Assembly: GCA_963843555.1 (NCBI GenBank)
Contig: CAWJKV010000007.1
Span: forward strand, 64,001 to 128,000
Source of the DNA: an uncultured Methanosarcinales archaeon
GTDB taxonomy: Archaea; Halobacteriota; Methanosarcinia; Methanotrichales; Methanotrichaceae
Length of the DNA stretch: 64,000 bases
Direction: 5' to 3'
Both the position numbers and the translations under genes were made by a program. Within the stretch, counting starts at the first letter, position 1. Every line of letters begins with the position of its first letter. The notes beneath the pieces were generated by a model. That model was not told the DNA's origin. It made no database searches and saw only the letters and a list, made by a program, of their open reading frames with translations. Positions 34,898 to 44,376 of this stretch are shown here, piece by piece.

Positions 34898-35455
34898 CTA
34901 TTTCACGAGATGTGGTTCTATTAGAGGCTGATGAGCTGTAGAATCCGGAAAATCGCCCTCAACCAATTTAGAGAGGTCGCTTTTTAATGTGGCTCCACCT
35001 GAATTCAGTAACCATCTCTCCAAATGCCGGTTTTCGTCGCAGTAATAGACAATTGTGCCATTTTGTGAGAGCTGAACAGTCCCATTTTGAATTCGAACAA
35101 GAGTCTCTTCTGTTTCATTTATCACTTCGGCTTTGAAGCCGCGATAACCGAGATTGTTGGACAGCTCTCTATATGAATCTCTGGGCAACATTGCGAGTTT
35201 CTTGAGAAAAATGACTCCATCCGCCTCTGACAGGGTCCATACGGGATTGGGATTTCCCGAAAAAATATCTAATTCTACTTCAACCCTTGCCAACATGAGG
35301 CTATCTCCTTCTGCCATTCCATGCGTGTCCACTGCTGGAATTGATAATGCCGGTGATGGACTGCAAAATGAAAGAATCAGTGCAGGAAGGATCCATGCGA
35401 AAAGGAATGACACTCCATTAGCATGTACCGCGATTCTTCTTATATTCTTTATCAT
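34898..35455 (-). CDS. Hypothetical, probably secreted protein
   Basis: Hydrophobic N-terminus; VELDIFSGNPNPVWTL and LGYRGF. Confidence 0.65.
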   Translation of the reverse strand: MIKNIRRIAVHANGVSFLFAWILPALILSFCSPSPALSIPAVDTHGMAEGDSLMLARVEVELDIFSGNPNPVWTLSEADGVIFLKKLAMLPRDSYRELSNNLGYRGFKAEVINETEETLVRIQNGTVQLSQNGTIVYYCDENRHLERWLLNSGGATLKSDLSKLVEGDFPDSTAHQPLIEPHLVK

Positions 35456-35555
35456 GGCACAACATTATCATTCTCTCCGCAAGGAAATTATACGGAGGCT
35501 TTCTTCTATTCACCATTTATGCAAGCTGCTGAAATATCGCTCAAAATTGATTTAA

Positions 35556-36383
35556 ATGATAGAAGCATGTATAAGACCAATGGTTTCGGTCGTTAAAAGT
35601 CATCCTGTAGTTACATTCTTCGTGCTGGCTTATGGCCTCTCGTGGGGGAACCTTATACTATCCAGGGCCTGGCCCAGTATCCCATTTCTCTTCCCTTATG
35701 GACCAATGCTTGCGGCAGTCATCGTTGCAGGCATCACATGCGGAAAGGACGGATTGAAAGATATGTTCAGGCGTTGTACGCTATGGCGCGTTGGGATTAA
35801 ATGGTATGCTGCCGCACTGCTCCTCCCAGCTGCTATCGCCCTTGCCGCAGTCTACTTCAGCATTCTGCTTGGAGGAGATGAGTCGTTCACAGAACATATC
35901 AACTTGGAGCAGATCAGCCTGTTCAGTCTCTTCCTACTGTTTCCCATCGCCATGATCGATGCTCCGCTGGGAGAGGATTCAGGTTGGCGAGGCTATGCCC
36001 TGCCCAGATTTCCTGCCAGCCGTTCACCTCTTGAGAACACCCTGATCCTCGGAGTGTTAATTGCAGGCTGGCATTTGCCTCTCGCTTTGGCCGAAGAATC
36101 AATCGCTGTGCCGTACCTGATCGCAACTATAGCTTCGGCTGTAGTGACAAATTGGGTTTACTACAATGCCAACGAGAGCGCATTGCTGGCCATCTTGTAC
36201 CATACTGCGGCAAATACCATGGGTCTGTACCTCTTCCCAGCGTTCTCTGGATCCGAGTTGGTGAGGCTGTTCTGGCTGTTGGCGGCAGTGAATTGCCTGG
36301 TGGCAGCCGTGGTGGTCCTCCTGGCACCAGGCCGAATCTCCTGGTCCAACCATAGGTCAACCATATCTAAAGACCGTGAGTAG
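35556..36383 (+). CDS. CPBP (CAAX/Abi) family intramembrane protease
   Basis: GEDSGWRGYALP (canonical EE is ED here), WHLPL, AILYHTAAN. Confidence 0.88.
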   Translation: MIEACIRPMVSVVKSHPVVTFFVLAYGLSWGNLILSRAWPSIPFLFPYGPMLAAVIVAGITCGKDGLKDMFRRCTLWRVGIKWYAAALLLPAAIALAAVYFSILLGGDESFTEHINLEQISLFSLFLLFPIAMIDAPLGEDSGWRGYALPRFPASRSPLENTLILGVLIAGWHLPLALAEESIAVPYLIATIASAVVTNWVYYNANESALLAILYHTAANTMGLYLFPAFSGSELVRLFWLLAAVNCLVAAVVVLLAPGRISWSNHRSTISKDRE

Positions 36384-36503
36384 TGGCTAGATGACCTTAA
36401 GTCCTTCTCTACCGCTCTTGGAGACGGCTTTTTGTAGTTTGGACTAATCTTTTATCCCAAGGAATATCTCCAGAGCTATCTTTGGAAATGAGGACCATAT
36501 CCA

Positions 36504-37565
36504 ATGCGAGGAATACAATGGTTGCTGCTTTTTTTGCCGGTCGCAATTCTGATGGAATTGGCCCACACTGGCGGGGCGCTGGTCTTTGCAGCCTCGGCAC
36601 TAGCTATCATTCCCCTGGCTGGAACTCTGGGAGAGGCCACTGAAGCACTGGCTCTGAAAACAGGTCCGCGCATCGGAGGTCTCCTGAACGCAACCTTTGG
36701 CAATGCAGCGGAATTGATTATCACCCTGGTGGCGCTCCAGGCAGGCCAGATGGAGTTGGTCAGGGCCTCTATCACCGGCTCAATTTTAGGTAATTTGCTT
36801 CTGGTCCTGGGATTGGCCATGCTCGTAGGAGGTCTCAAGAACGGTCTGCAGAAATTCGATCGCCGCCATGTAGACACGGATGCCACCATGACCATCCTGG
36901 CGTTGATCGCCATGAGTGTGCCCTCGCTCTTCAGTCATTACATAGAACCGGACAAGCTGCGAGTCGTGGAGCTGAGCCTGACTACAGCGGGAACGATACT
37001 GATCCTATATATCCTCTTCATCATATACACTCTGAAGAGTTGCAGTTCAGAAAAATGCGATGCCGTAACGGTAAGAGAGGCCCTTCCCACACACCGCTGG
37101 AGTATGCGCAAGGCTTTAGCAATGATGACCTTCTCCATGGCCGGAATCGTCCTGATGAGCGAGTTCCTGGTGGGGTCGGTAGAGGCTGCCACCACGGTCC
37201 TTGGCTTGACGCCTTTCTTCGTAGGAATAATAATCGTCCCCATTATCGGCAATGTTGCTGAGCATCTCGTCGCAGTACAGGCTGCTCGGCAGGATAAAAT
37301 GGATCTGTCCCTTTCTATCACCCTGGGGTCCAGCCTGCAGATCGCGCTCTTTGTTACACCAGTGCTGGTCTTCGTCTCTTTCATTATGGGAGATCCACTC
37401 ACACTGGAGTTCAATCAGTTGGAGCTAATTGCCCTGGCCGCTGCAACGTTCATCTCGGCCCTGGTTGCCCTGGATGGAGAATCTAACTGGCTGGAAGGAG
37501 CAATGCTGCTGGCGGTTTATGGCATCCTGGGCCTGGCATTCTTCTTCCTGCCGGCAGGGGTGTAG
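36504..37565 (+). CDS. cax: Calcium/proton exchanger
   Basis: NATFGNAAEL, GSILGNLLL, GNVAEH, GSSLQIALF, DGESNWLEG. Confidence 0.93.
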   Translation: MRGIQWLLLFLPVAILMELAHTGGALVFAASALAIIPLAGTLGEATEALALKTGPRIGGLLNATFGNAAELIITLVALQAGQMELVRASITGSILGNLLLVLGLAMLVGGLKNGLQKFDRRHVDTDATMTILALIAMSVPSLFSHYIEPDKLRVVELSLTTAGTILILYILFIIYTLKSCSSEKCDAVTVREALPTHRWSMRKALAMMTFSMAGIVLMSEFLVGSVEAATTVLGLTPFFVGIIIVPIIGNVAEHLVAVQAARQDKMDLSLSITLGSSLQIALFVTPVLVFVSFIMGDPLTLEFNQLELIALAAATFISALVALDGESNWLEGAMLLAVYGILGLAFFFLPAGV

Positions 37566-37722
37566 GCTGAAATGTGAGGTGCATTGATTGGATGATTCCG
37601 ACCAAATCAATATGTTGTTCTCTATCGAGGGTCCGGTGCTCCCATATCGATAATTTCTGTGTGATATGCAGGAACGGATTTCATAGAGGATTATGAAAAA
37701 CGAAAATAGCAATTTTTATTGG

Positions 37723-37736
37723 CAAAAGTTTTATAG
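37723..37736 (+). promoter_or_regulatory. Putative leuA promoter (BRE/TATA)
   Basis: CAAAAGTTTTATAG ending about 24 nt upstream of ATG 37760, implying a nearly leaderless mRNA. Confidence 0.6.
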
Positions 37737-37759
37737 GGCGGATATGTTAATCATGATTT

Positions 37760-39323
37760 ATGACACACGAAACCTCTGTGGGGAATCGCCTTCTACGACG
37801 TTCGTTCGCTTGTTGATGAAAGAGTTCGCATTTTTGACACCACCCTTCGCGATGGAGAGCAGACTCCCGGGGTATCTCTCACTCAGGAAGAGAAGCTCAA
37901 GATCGCCTGGCAGCTTGATAAACTCGGTGTGAATGTCATCGAAGCCGGGTTTCCCGTCTCCTCGAAGGGGGAGTTTGACAGCGTCCGCCAGATTGCCAGA
38001 GCAGGCCTGAATGCCCAGGTCTGCGGTCTCTCCCGTATCGTCAAGAAAGATGCCCAGGCCTGTATCGATGCTGATGTGGGTATGGTGCATGTCTTTGTTC
38101 CTACCTCGGATATCCAGATCGCTCATACTATTAAAAAGAGCCATGATGAGATCGTAGAAGGGGCCAGGGAAACAGTGCAGTTTGTGAAGGACCAGGGAAG
38201 GACCTGCCTCTTCTCGGCAATGGATGCCACCCGCACCTCTCCCGAGTTCTTGCACCGCATCTTCAAGGCGGTAGAAGAGGTGCATTGCGATGTTATCAAC
38301 ATCCCTGACACCGTGGGAGTGGCGAATCCATCCAGTTTCTATCGATTTGTCAAGGACATCTGTGATGATGTGGATATGGTGGTCGACGTCCACTGCCATA
38401 ACGACTTCGGCCTGGCTGTGGCCAACAGCCTGGCAGCCGTCGAAGCCGGAGCAAGAGAAGTCCAGGTCTGCGTTAACGGCCTGGGTGAAAGGGCCGGCAA
38501 CGCCAACCTGGCCGAGACGGTGATGAGCCTGCACTCCATCTACAGAGCCCGAACCGACATAAAGACGGAATATCTGGTGGAGACGGCCCGGCTCGTGGAG
38601 CGGCTGACCAAGGTGAATATATCTATAACGGCTCCCATTGTGGGGGAGAACGCCTTCTCCCACGAGTCCGGCATTCACAGCCATGGAGTGATCGAGAACA
38701 GCAAGACCTTTGAGCCCGGCATCATGACTCCTGAGATGGTGGGCCACAAGAGGCGCATAGTTCTCGGCAAACATACCGGAAGGCACGCTGTGGCCAAAGT
38801 TCTGGAGGAAGCAGGCTACCGGCCCACAGAAGATCAGCTTCAGGAGATCCTGGAGAGGGTTAAAGAGCTGGGTGATAAAGGAAAGCAGATCGGCAATATA
38901 GATCTTCAAACCATTGCCGATGTTGTGATTGGAGAGGTGGCTAAGGGCAGCCAGGCAGTGGTGCTGAAAGAGGTCTCAGTCATGACCGGGAACATCATCA
39001 CGCCCACGGCAACCGTGAAGGCCCTGGTGCGGGGTAAGGAGAAGGTCCTGGCCAGTATCGGCGTGGGACCGGTAGACGCGGCCGTAAACGCTGTGCAGGG
39101 TATCCTGGAGAGCGAGACATCCATTCACCTCTGCGATTTTCGGATAGAAGCCATAACTGGTGGTGCAGATGCACTGGCGGAAGTGGTTATTGGAGTTGAG
39201 GATGACCGGGGCCGCAAGGTCAGCGCCCGCTCGGCGCGCGAGGATATCGTCATGGCCTCAGTTGAGGCCCTGGTCAGCGCCATAAATAGATTGATGCTTC
39301 TGGAGGAACCTCTTGTTGAATGA
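37760..39323 (+). CDS. leuA: 2-isopropylmalate synthase; the conserved N-terminus has no in-frame canonical start
   Basis: [15 protein letters not shown] (37824 onward, upstream of the ORF-track GTG), [28 protein letters not shown]-terminal regulatory domain GVGPVDA; citramalate synthase not fully excluded. Confidence 0.85.
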
Positions 39324-40086
39324 ATCAGTGCCTGGGATAATCGATTCACATTGTCACCTCGATTTCAAGCAGTTTAACAAAGATCGCGAAGCTGTGATGG
39401 AGAACGCCCGAAAGTGCGGCGTGGTCCGGATGATCAACTCGGGCGTGGACTATTCCACCAATCAAAAGTCACTGGATCTGGCGAAGAAATATGATTTCAT
39501 CTTCGCCACCCTCGGTCTCAGTCCCAACACCATAGAAGGCCAAAAAGATCCTGAACTGAAGCTGCGATTGGCGCAGATAGAGGAGAATGCGGGACAGGCG
39601 CTGGGAATCGGCGAGGCAGGACTTGATTATTACCACTGCAAAGACGCCAGCTCGAGAGAGCGGCAGGCAGAGGTTTTCAGAAAGGTCATAGACCTGGCTA
39701 AATCTCTGAATTTGCCGCTGGTTATTCATTCCCGGGATGCGGAACAGCCTGCCCTGGAGATGGTCAAACACCTGGATAAGGTCGTGTTTCACTGCTACAG
39801 CGGAACTCTCGCCACCATGAAAGAGGCCATTGACAGAGGATTCTACATCTCTCTGGCCACAAGCATCTGCCGCTCCGGACACCACCAGATTCTGGCGAGG
39901 AATGTATCAATGGACTATCTTCTGGTGGAGACCGACAGCCCATTCCTAAGCCCACGCAGTGGCAGAAATGAGCCCTCATTTATCCAGGATTCCGTCCGAC
40001 TCATCGCCAAGATCAGAGGCATGGAGCCGCAAGAGGTTGCAGAGAAAACAGCGGAGAATACCAAACGAATTTATAACATCCGTTGA
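39313..40086 (+). CDS. tatD: TatD family hydrolase
   Basis: DSHCHLD, IGEAGLDY, VIHSR, FHCYSG, VETDSPFL. Confidence 0.92.
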   Translation: MLNESVPGIIDSHCHLDFKQFNKDREAVMENARKCGVVRMINSGVDYSTNQKSLDLAKKYDFIFATLGLSPNTIEGQKDPELKLRLAQIEENAGQALGIGEAGLDYYHCKDASSRERQAEVFRKVIDLAKSLNLPLVIHSRDAEQPALEMVKHLDKVVFHCYSGTLATMKEAIDRGFYISLATSICRSGHHQILARNVSMDYLLVETDSPFLSPRSGRNEPSFIQDSVRLIAKIRGMEPQEVAEKTAENTKRIYNIR

Positions 40087-40142
40087 AATGTACTGAAATC
40101 GGAAGAGAATTCAGAACATCTAATTATCGAGAAAGGGTCAAC

Positions 40143-40637
40143 ATGGATCGGATGCCAATACACTTCGAGCACATCATGAGGTATCTGGGCTCCAGAAAGG
40201 AGAAGGGGAGAAAGCAAATAGGCCTCCTCGTCGATGGGCCCAATATGCTCAGAAAAGAGTTCCAGATGGACCTGGAGGAGATCAGGGACATCCTCAAGGA
40301 TTACGGCGATATCAAGATGGGTAAGGTCTTCTTGAATCAGTATGCATCGGAGAAGCTGGTTGAAGCGGTGGAAAATCAGGGGTTTGAGCCGGTGATCTGC
40401 ACCAGTGATGTGGATGTAAGGATGGCAGTAGAGGGCGTGGACATGATATACAACCCTGTCATCGATACCCTGGCCCTCGTCACCAGAGATGCAGATCTTA
40501 AACCGGTGCTCATGAAGGCCATGGAACACGGCAAGGAGACCATCATCTTCGGGGCAGAGCCGGGTTTCTCTGTGGCCCTCAGGAACTCAGCCGATTATGT
40601 CATAGTGCTCCGCGACGGCCAGTACGTTACGGAATAA
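40143..40637 (+). CDS. NYN domain protein (TIGR00288-like)
   Basis: LLVDGPNML, DVDVRMAVE, TRDADLKP, SVALRNSAD. Confidence 0.88.
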   Translation: MDRMPIHFEHIMRYLGSRKEKGRKQIGLLVDGPNMLRKEFQMDLEEIRDILKDYGDIKMGKVFLNQYASEKLVEAVENQGFEPVICTSDVDVRMAVEGVDMIYNPVIDTLALVTRDADLKPVLMKAMEHGKETIIFGAEPGFSVALRNSADYVIVLRDGQYVTE

Positions 40638-40639
40638 TT

Positions 40640-41401
40640 TTGAGGTTAAAATTGAGTCTGCTATCTAGTCAGCCGTTTCTTTGGCCGGACGGCTTGAGAG
40701 CTTGTGCCTGGGAAAGATGCCGCCATTTGGTGCCGCTCTTGTCAATAGCAGGTCGAAGAGAGGAATACAGGCAGAGGGATGAATGGGGAGACCTGGATAT
40801 CCGTGACAGCGGTTGGAGAAGTCGCATTCCTTTCGGGCTGCCTGTATCCTATTCAGGCATTATATTATCGATCTGCCTGATAGTATTTCTCCTGAGCCAG
40901 ATCGTCCCTGGCTTAGTATATAACTACCTGGCCCTAAATCCGGATTATGTAATGCAGAGGCCCTGGACTCTTCTGACGCATATGTTCGTGCATGCCAACT
41001 TCAACCACCTCCTCTTGAATATGCTCGTCCTCTTGTTCTTTGGCATGGAGCTGGAAAGGCGTGTGGGAAAGACCAAATTCCTGGAGATCTACATCCTATC
41101 CGGGATAGTGGCGGCTTTGGTCCAGATGACGGTCTCGGACGGATTTCTGGTGGGAGCGAGCGGAGCTCTTTATGGAGTCATGGGGTGTCTGGCTATAATC
41201 GCTCCTGAGATTCGAGTACTGCTCTTCTTCATAGTACCTATGAGCATTCGGGCCTTGGTCGTGCTGTTTGCCCTGATGGATTTGTTATTCTTTGGTGCCC
41301 CGGACAACATCGCACATATGGCCCATATCGTGGGGCTTTTGGTCGGATTGGCCTTCGGGCTGATGATGAAGAAACAGCCTAAATATTATTACAACCCCTG
41401 A
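40640..41401 (+). CDS. Rhomboid family protease (start uncertain)
   Basis: PWTLLTHMFVHA..HLLLNM, VGASGA, AHMAHIVG. Confidence 0.9.
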   Translation: MRLKLSLLSSQPFLWPDGLRACAWERCRHLVPLLSIAGRREEYRQRDEWGDLDIRDSGWRSRIPFGLPVSYSGIILSICLIVFLLSQIVPGLVYNYLALNPDYVMQRPWTLLTHMFVHANFNHLLLNMLVLLFFGMELERRVGKTKFLEIYILSGIVAALVQMTVSDGFLVGASGALYGVMGCLAIIAPEIRVLLFFIVPMSIRALVVLFALMDLLFFGAPDNIAHMAHIVGLLVGLAFGLMMKKQPKYYYNP

Positions 41402-42023
41402 GGGCTGTTTTCGAGAAGAAGCTATCCATCATCTGCGTCCCGATCCAATTCGCGACCTGATCTGAATGCGACCGGTTGCAGGTGTCATCCTTTCTGGCTG
41501 GTAAAGCGACCATCTTGGGCCTGAAGTCCGGCCCCGCTTCGGATTGGATGGTTTTGCTGCCCTCATCAGAAGCTTAATTCGGAAGCCCGATTTCTATGAG
41601 AGATATTCGCTACGCTGCACTCGGGATTTAGATAAGTTTCTCCCTCTGGCGAGTAATATTATCTAGATGTTAATATCTAGCATTTAAAGTAGCTTTATAT
41701 GATGTCTAATATGCAAAATACACACCCATTGTGCAGATATGGATTGACTTGAATACCCGCCGCCTTATGGCATAAAATCATGCATATAGCTCAGAGGATC
41801 ATTATATAAATACAACGACAAAGTTAAGTTCCATCTCGCCAGGGACCAATCTTTTTATACTTCAAGAACTGTATTAAAACGGGAGATGTAGCAAGAAGGG
41901 CAAATTAAAACTTTTGATGCATGTGATATGATAGTGCATATATCCGTTCAGAGGAAACAAAAGAATGGTGACGGAGCAGCAGATGTTGAAGCATCTAATG
42001 GCACGCCTCAGCGGTGATTATAT

Positions 42024-43629
42024 TTGAAGTCAATAGTCAAGGGATCGGTCGGCACAATTGTTGGCGAGACCAATCCATTAGCATTCAAGTTTCTCATAAA
42101 TAAAGAGGTTGGAAGGGGCACTTACGTCAAGGCCAAGGCCGAAGGAAAGGAGTGGATCCTGGCCCAGGTTGATGACATAAAGAGGTCAAACTCCGCCTAC
42201 AGCGTAAACCAGCTCAATGATGCAGCCAGAAATTACGATTCAAGAGAGATGATGATCGCCGAGACAAGGGTGATCGGCGTGGGAAGCAACGGCAAGCTAC
42301 ATCTTCCCACCAGTCCTGCCCGGCCGGGAGAACCGGTGTTCATTGCCGATGAAAAGCTGATCAAGGCAACTCTGGGCCTGGCCAAAGGCGATATGTACGT
42401 GGGTATGCTGCGGGGTTACGATATCCGGGTGGAGCTGGACGCCAATACGCTGGTGCAGAAGCACTGCAGCGTGTCTAGCCAAAACAGGTTCAGGAAAATC
42501 CTATACAGCTGCAGTGATCCTGGAAGAGCTGTTGGAAAGAAAAGTGGCTCTGCTCGTCATCGATCCTCACGGCGAATATGCCTCTATGAAGGAGCCCAAT
42601 AAGGTGGGCGACTTCAGCAGGTATAAGATCAAGCCGCGAGGCTACGATGTAACTGTATACACCCCGGGCGAGATGGCCATGAATCAGAGAGCTGACCGGC
42701 CTTTTCGCTTCAATGGCCTGAACCTGTCTGCTCGAGAGGTGGCGAAAATGATTCCTCACGAGGGCAGCAGCAGCGGTCAGTTGGGGCTGCTCTATGAGGC
42801 CATCAGCGCCCTGCGAGCGGAAACGGACGCCTACACCCTGGAGGACATAATTGAGCAGGTTGTGCGCAGCAACTCCAAGGTGAAATGGAATTTGGTGGGC
42901 CAGCTGGAATCGCTCCTGGAGCTGGGGCTCTTCTCCGGCTCGGCGACGCCCTGCGAAGAGATGCTCCGGCCAGGAAAAGCTGCAGTCATCGATATGACCG
43001 GCATCATCCCTGAGCTGCAGGCCATGATCGTCTCCCGGCTCCTGACCGATATCTTTGAGGCCCGAAAGCGCAGGCTGATCTCGCCAGGGATGGTGGTGGT
43101 AGAGGAGGCGCATAACTATATCCCGGAGCGGGGCACGGGGAACGCCGCTTCCACCAATATCGTGCGGACCATTGCTGCCGAAGGCAGAAAGTTCGGCCTG
43201 GGTCTGATGATCATCAGCCAGAGGCCGGCCCGCGTGGACAAGAACGTCATCTCCCAGTGCAACACCCAGATCATCATGAGGGTCACAAACCCCAACGATC
43301 TCAAGGCGCTGAGCAAAGGCCTGGAAGGTATGACCTCCGACCTAGAAGAAGAGATCAAACGGCTGCCGGCAGGCGTGGCCATGCTGGTAAGCAATGAGAT
43401 CGAGCGGCCTATTACGGTCAATGTCCGGCCCAGAAAATCCCGGCATGGAGGCATAAGCACTGAGATTGTCTCCAAAGAGAAGGCCAATGCCTCCATCACC
43501 CATGCGACAAGGGGGCCGGAGAAGAGGCCCGATGCTCCAGCAGGCTCAGCGACGGAAAGGCCCAGCCGGGAGAAAAAGGGGCCAGGCGGCGGATTGCTGA
43601 AGAAGGTCTTTGGGACGAGAAAGGCATAA
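42024..43629 (+). CDS. HerA-like ATPase (HAS barrel plus DUF87), frame break at about 42474
   Basis: KHCSV/LAKTGSGKS Walker A across the break; IDPHGEY, VEEAHNY, EGRKFG, ISQRP. Confidence 0.88.
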
Positions 43630-43713
43630 TTTAGGCCAACTCCACCAATTCTGCCAATCCATTTTTTCTCTTACTTTATAAAATATCAGAAAGTGCATTG
43701 AGGATGTCGTGCT

Positions 43714-44272
43714 ATGAGACTCATGAAGCCTGGTATATCGGTGCAAATTGTCCTGGCAATATTTGCGTTTTCAGTCCTTTATGTATCGGCCGTCCAAGCC
43801 GAGGAGATTGATATGAAGAACCTTGAAGTGAAATTGGGTTTCACCCGGATTCCGGATGAGTATACGTGCGTTGGATCAGACACTTCGCCAGAGATTGGGA
43901 TTCAAGGGCTTAATGCCACGTCCATGGCAGTGATAGTCGATGACCCGGATGCGGCCTGGGGGCACCTTCACTCACTGGATCATCTGGAATATTCCGCCCA
44001 TGGACATGATACCTGGAGCAATTCCAAAGAATGCTACAGTTAAAAAGCCCATCTCGGCCATGCAGGGGATGACCTCTTTCGGAGAAGTCGGATATGGTGG
44101 CCCCTGCCCGCCTCCGGGAAAACCGCACAGGTATTTCTTCCGCGTCTTTGGACTGGACAGGATGCTGGACCTCCGCCCTGGCGCCTCGAGATCAGGATCT
44201 GGAGAAGGCAATGGTGGGCCACGTGCTGCAGAAGGGAGAGGCCATGGCCACCTATGGAAGGTGATTCTATAA
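43714..44272 (+). CDS. YbhB/YbcL (PEBP) family protein with indels
   Basis: IVDDPDA / GTFTHWIIWNI / YGGPCPPPGKPHRYFF in adjacent frames; signal peptide. Confidence 0.85.
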
Positions 44273-44376
44273 TCCTTTCTGGAATAACACTCCTTGGGAC
44301 AGCACTCTCTTTTTGATGCCTTAAACAGCGGAAAATTAAAAAGAAAAAAAAGCCGGATTTACCCCGGGCGCAGAAT

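Noticed and set aside
37758..38909. Long antisense ORFs (also 23406-24251, 46800-47705, 61457-62611)
   Set aside because: They mirror well-supported genes on the other strand and have no recognisable motifs.
41400..42020. Partly AT-rich intergenic region as a replication origin
   Set aside because: No ORB repeats seen and no cdc6 nearby; more simply the herA promoter region.
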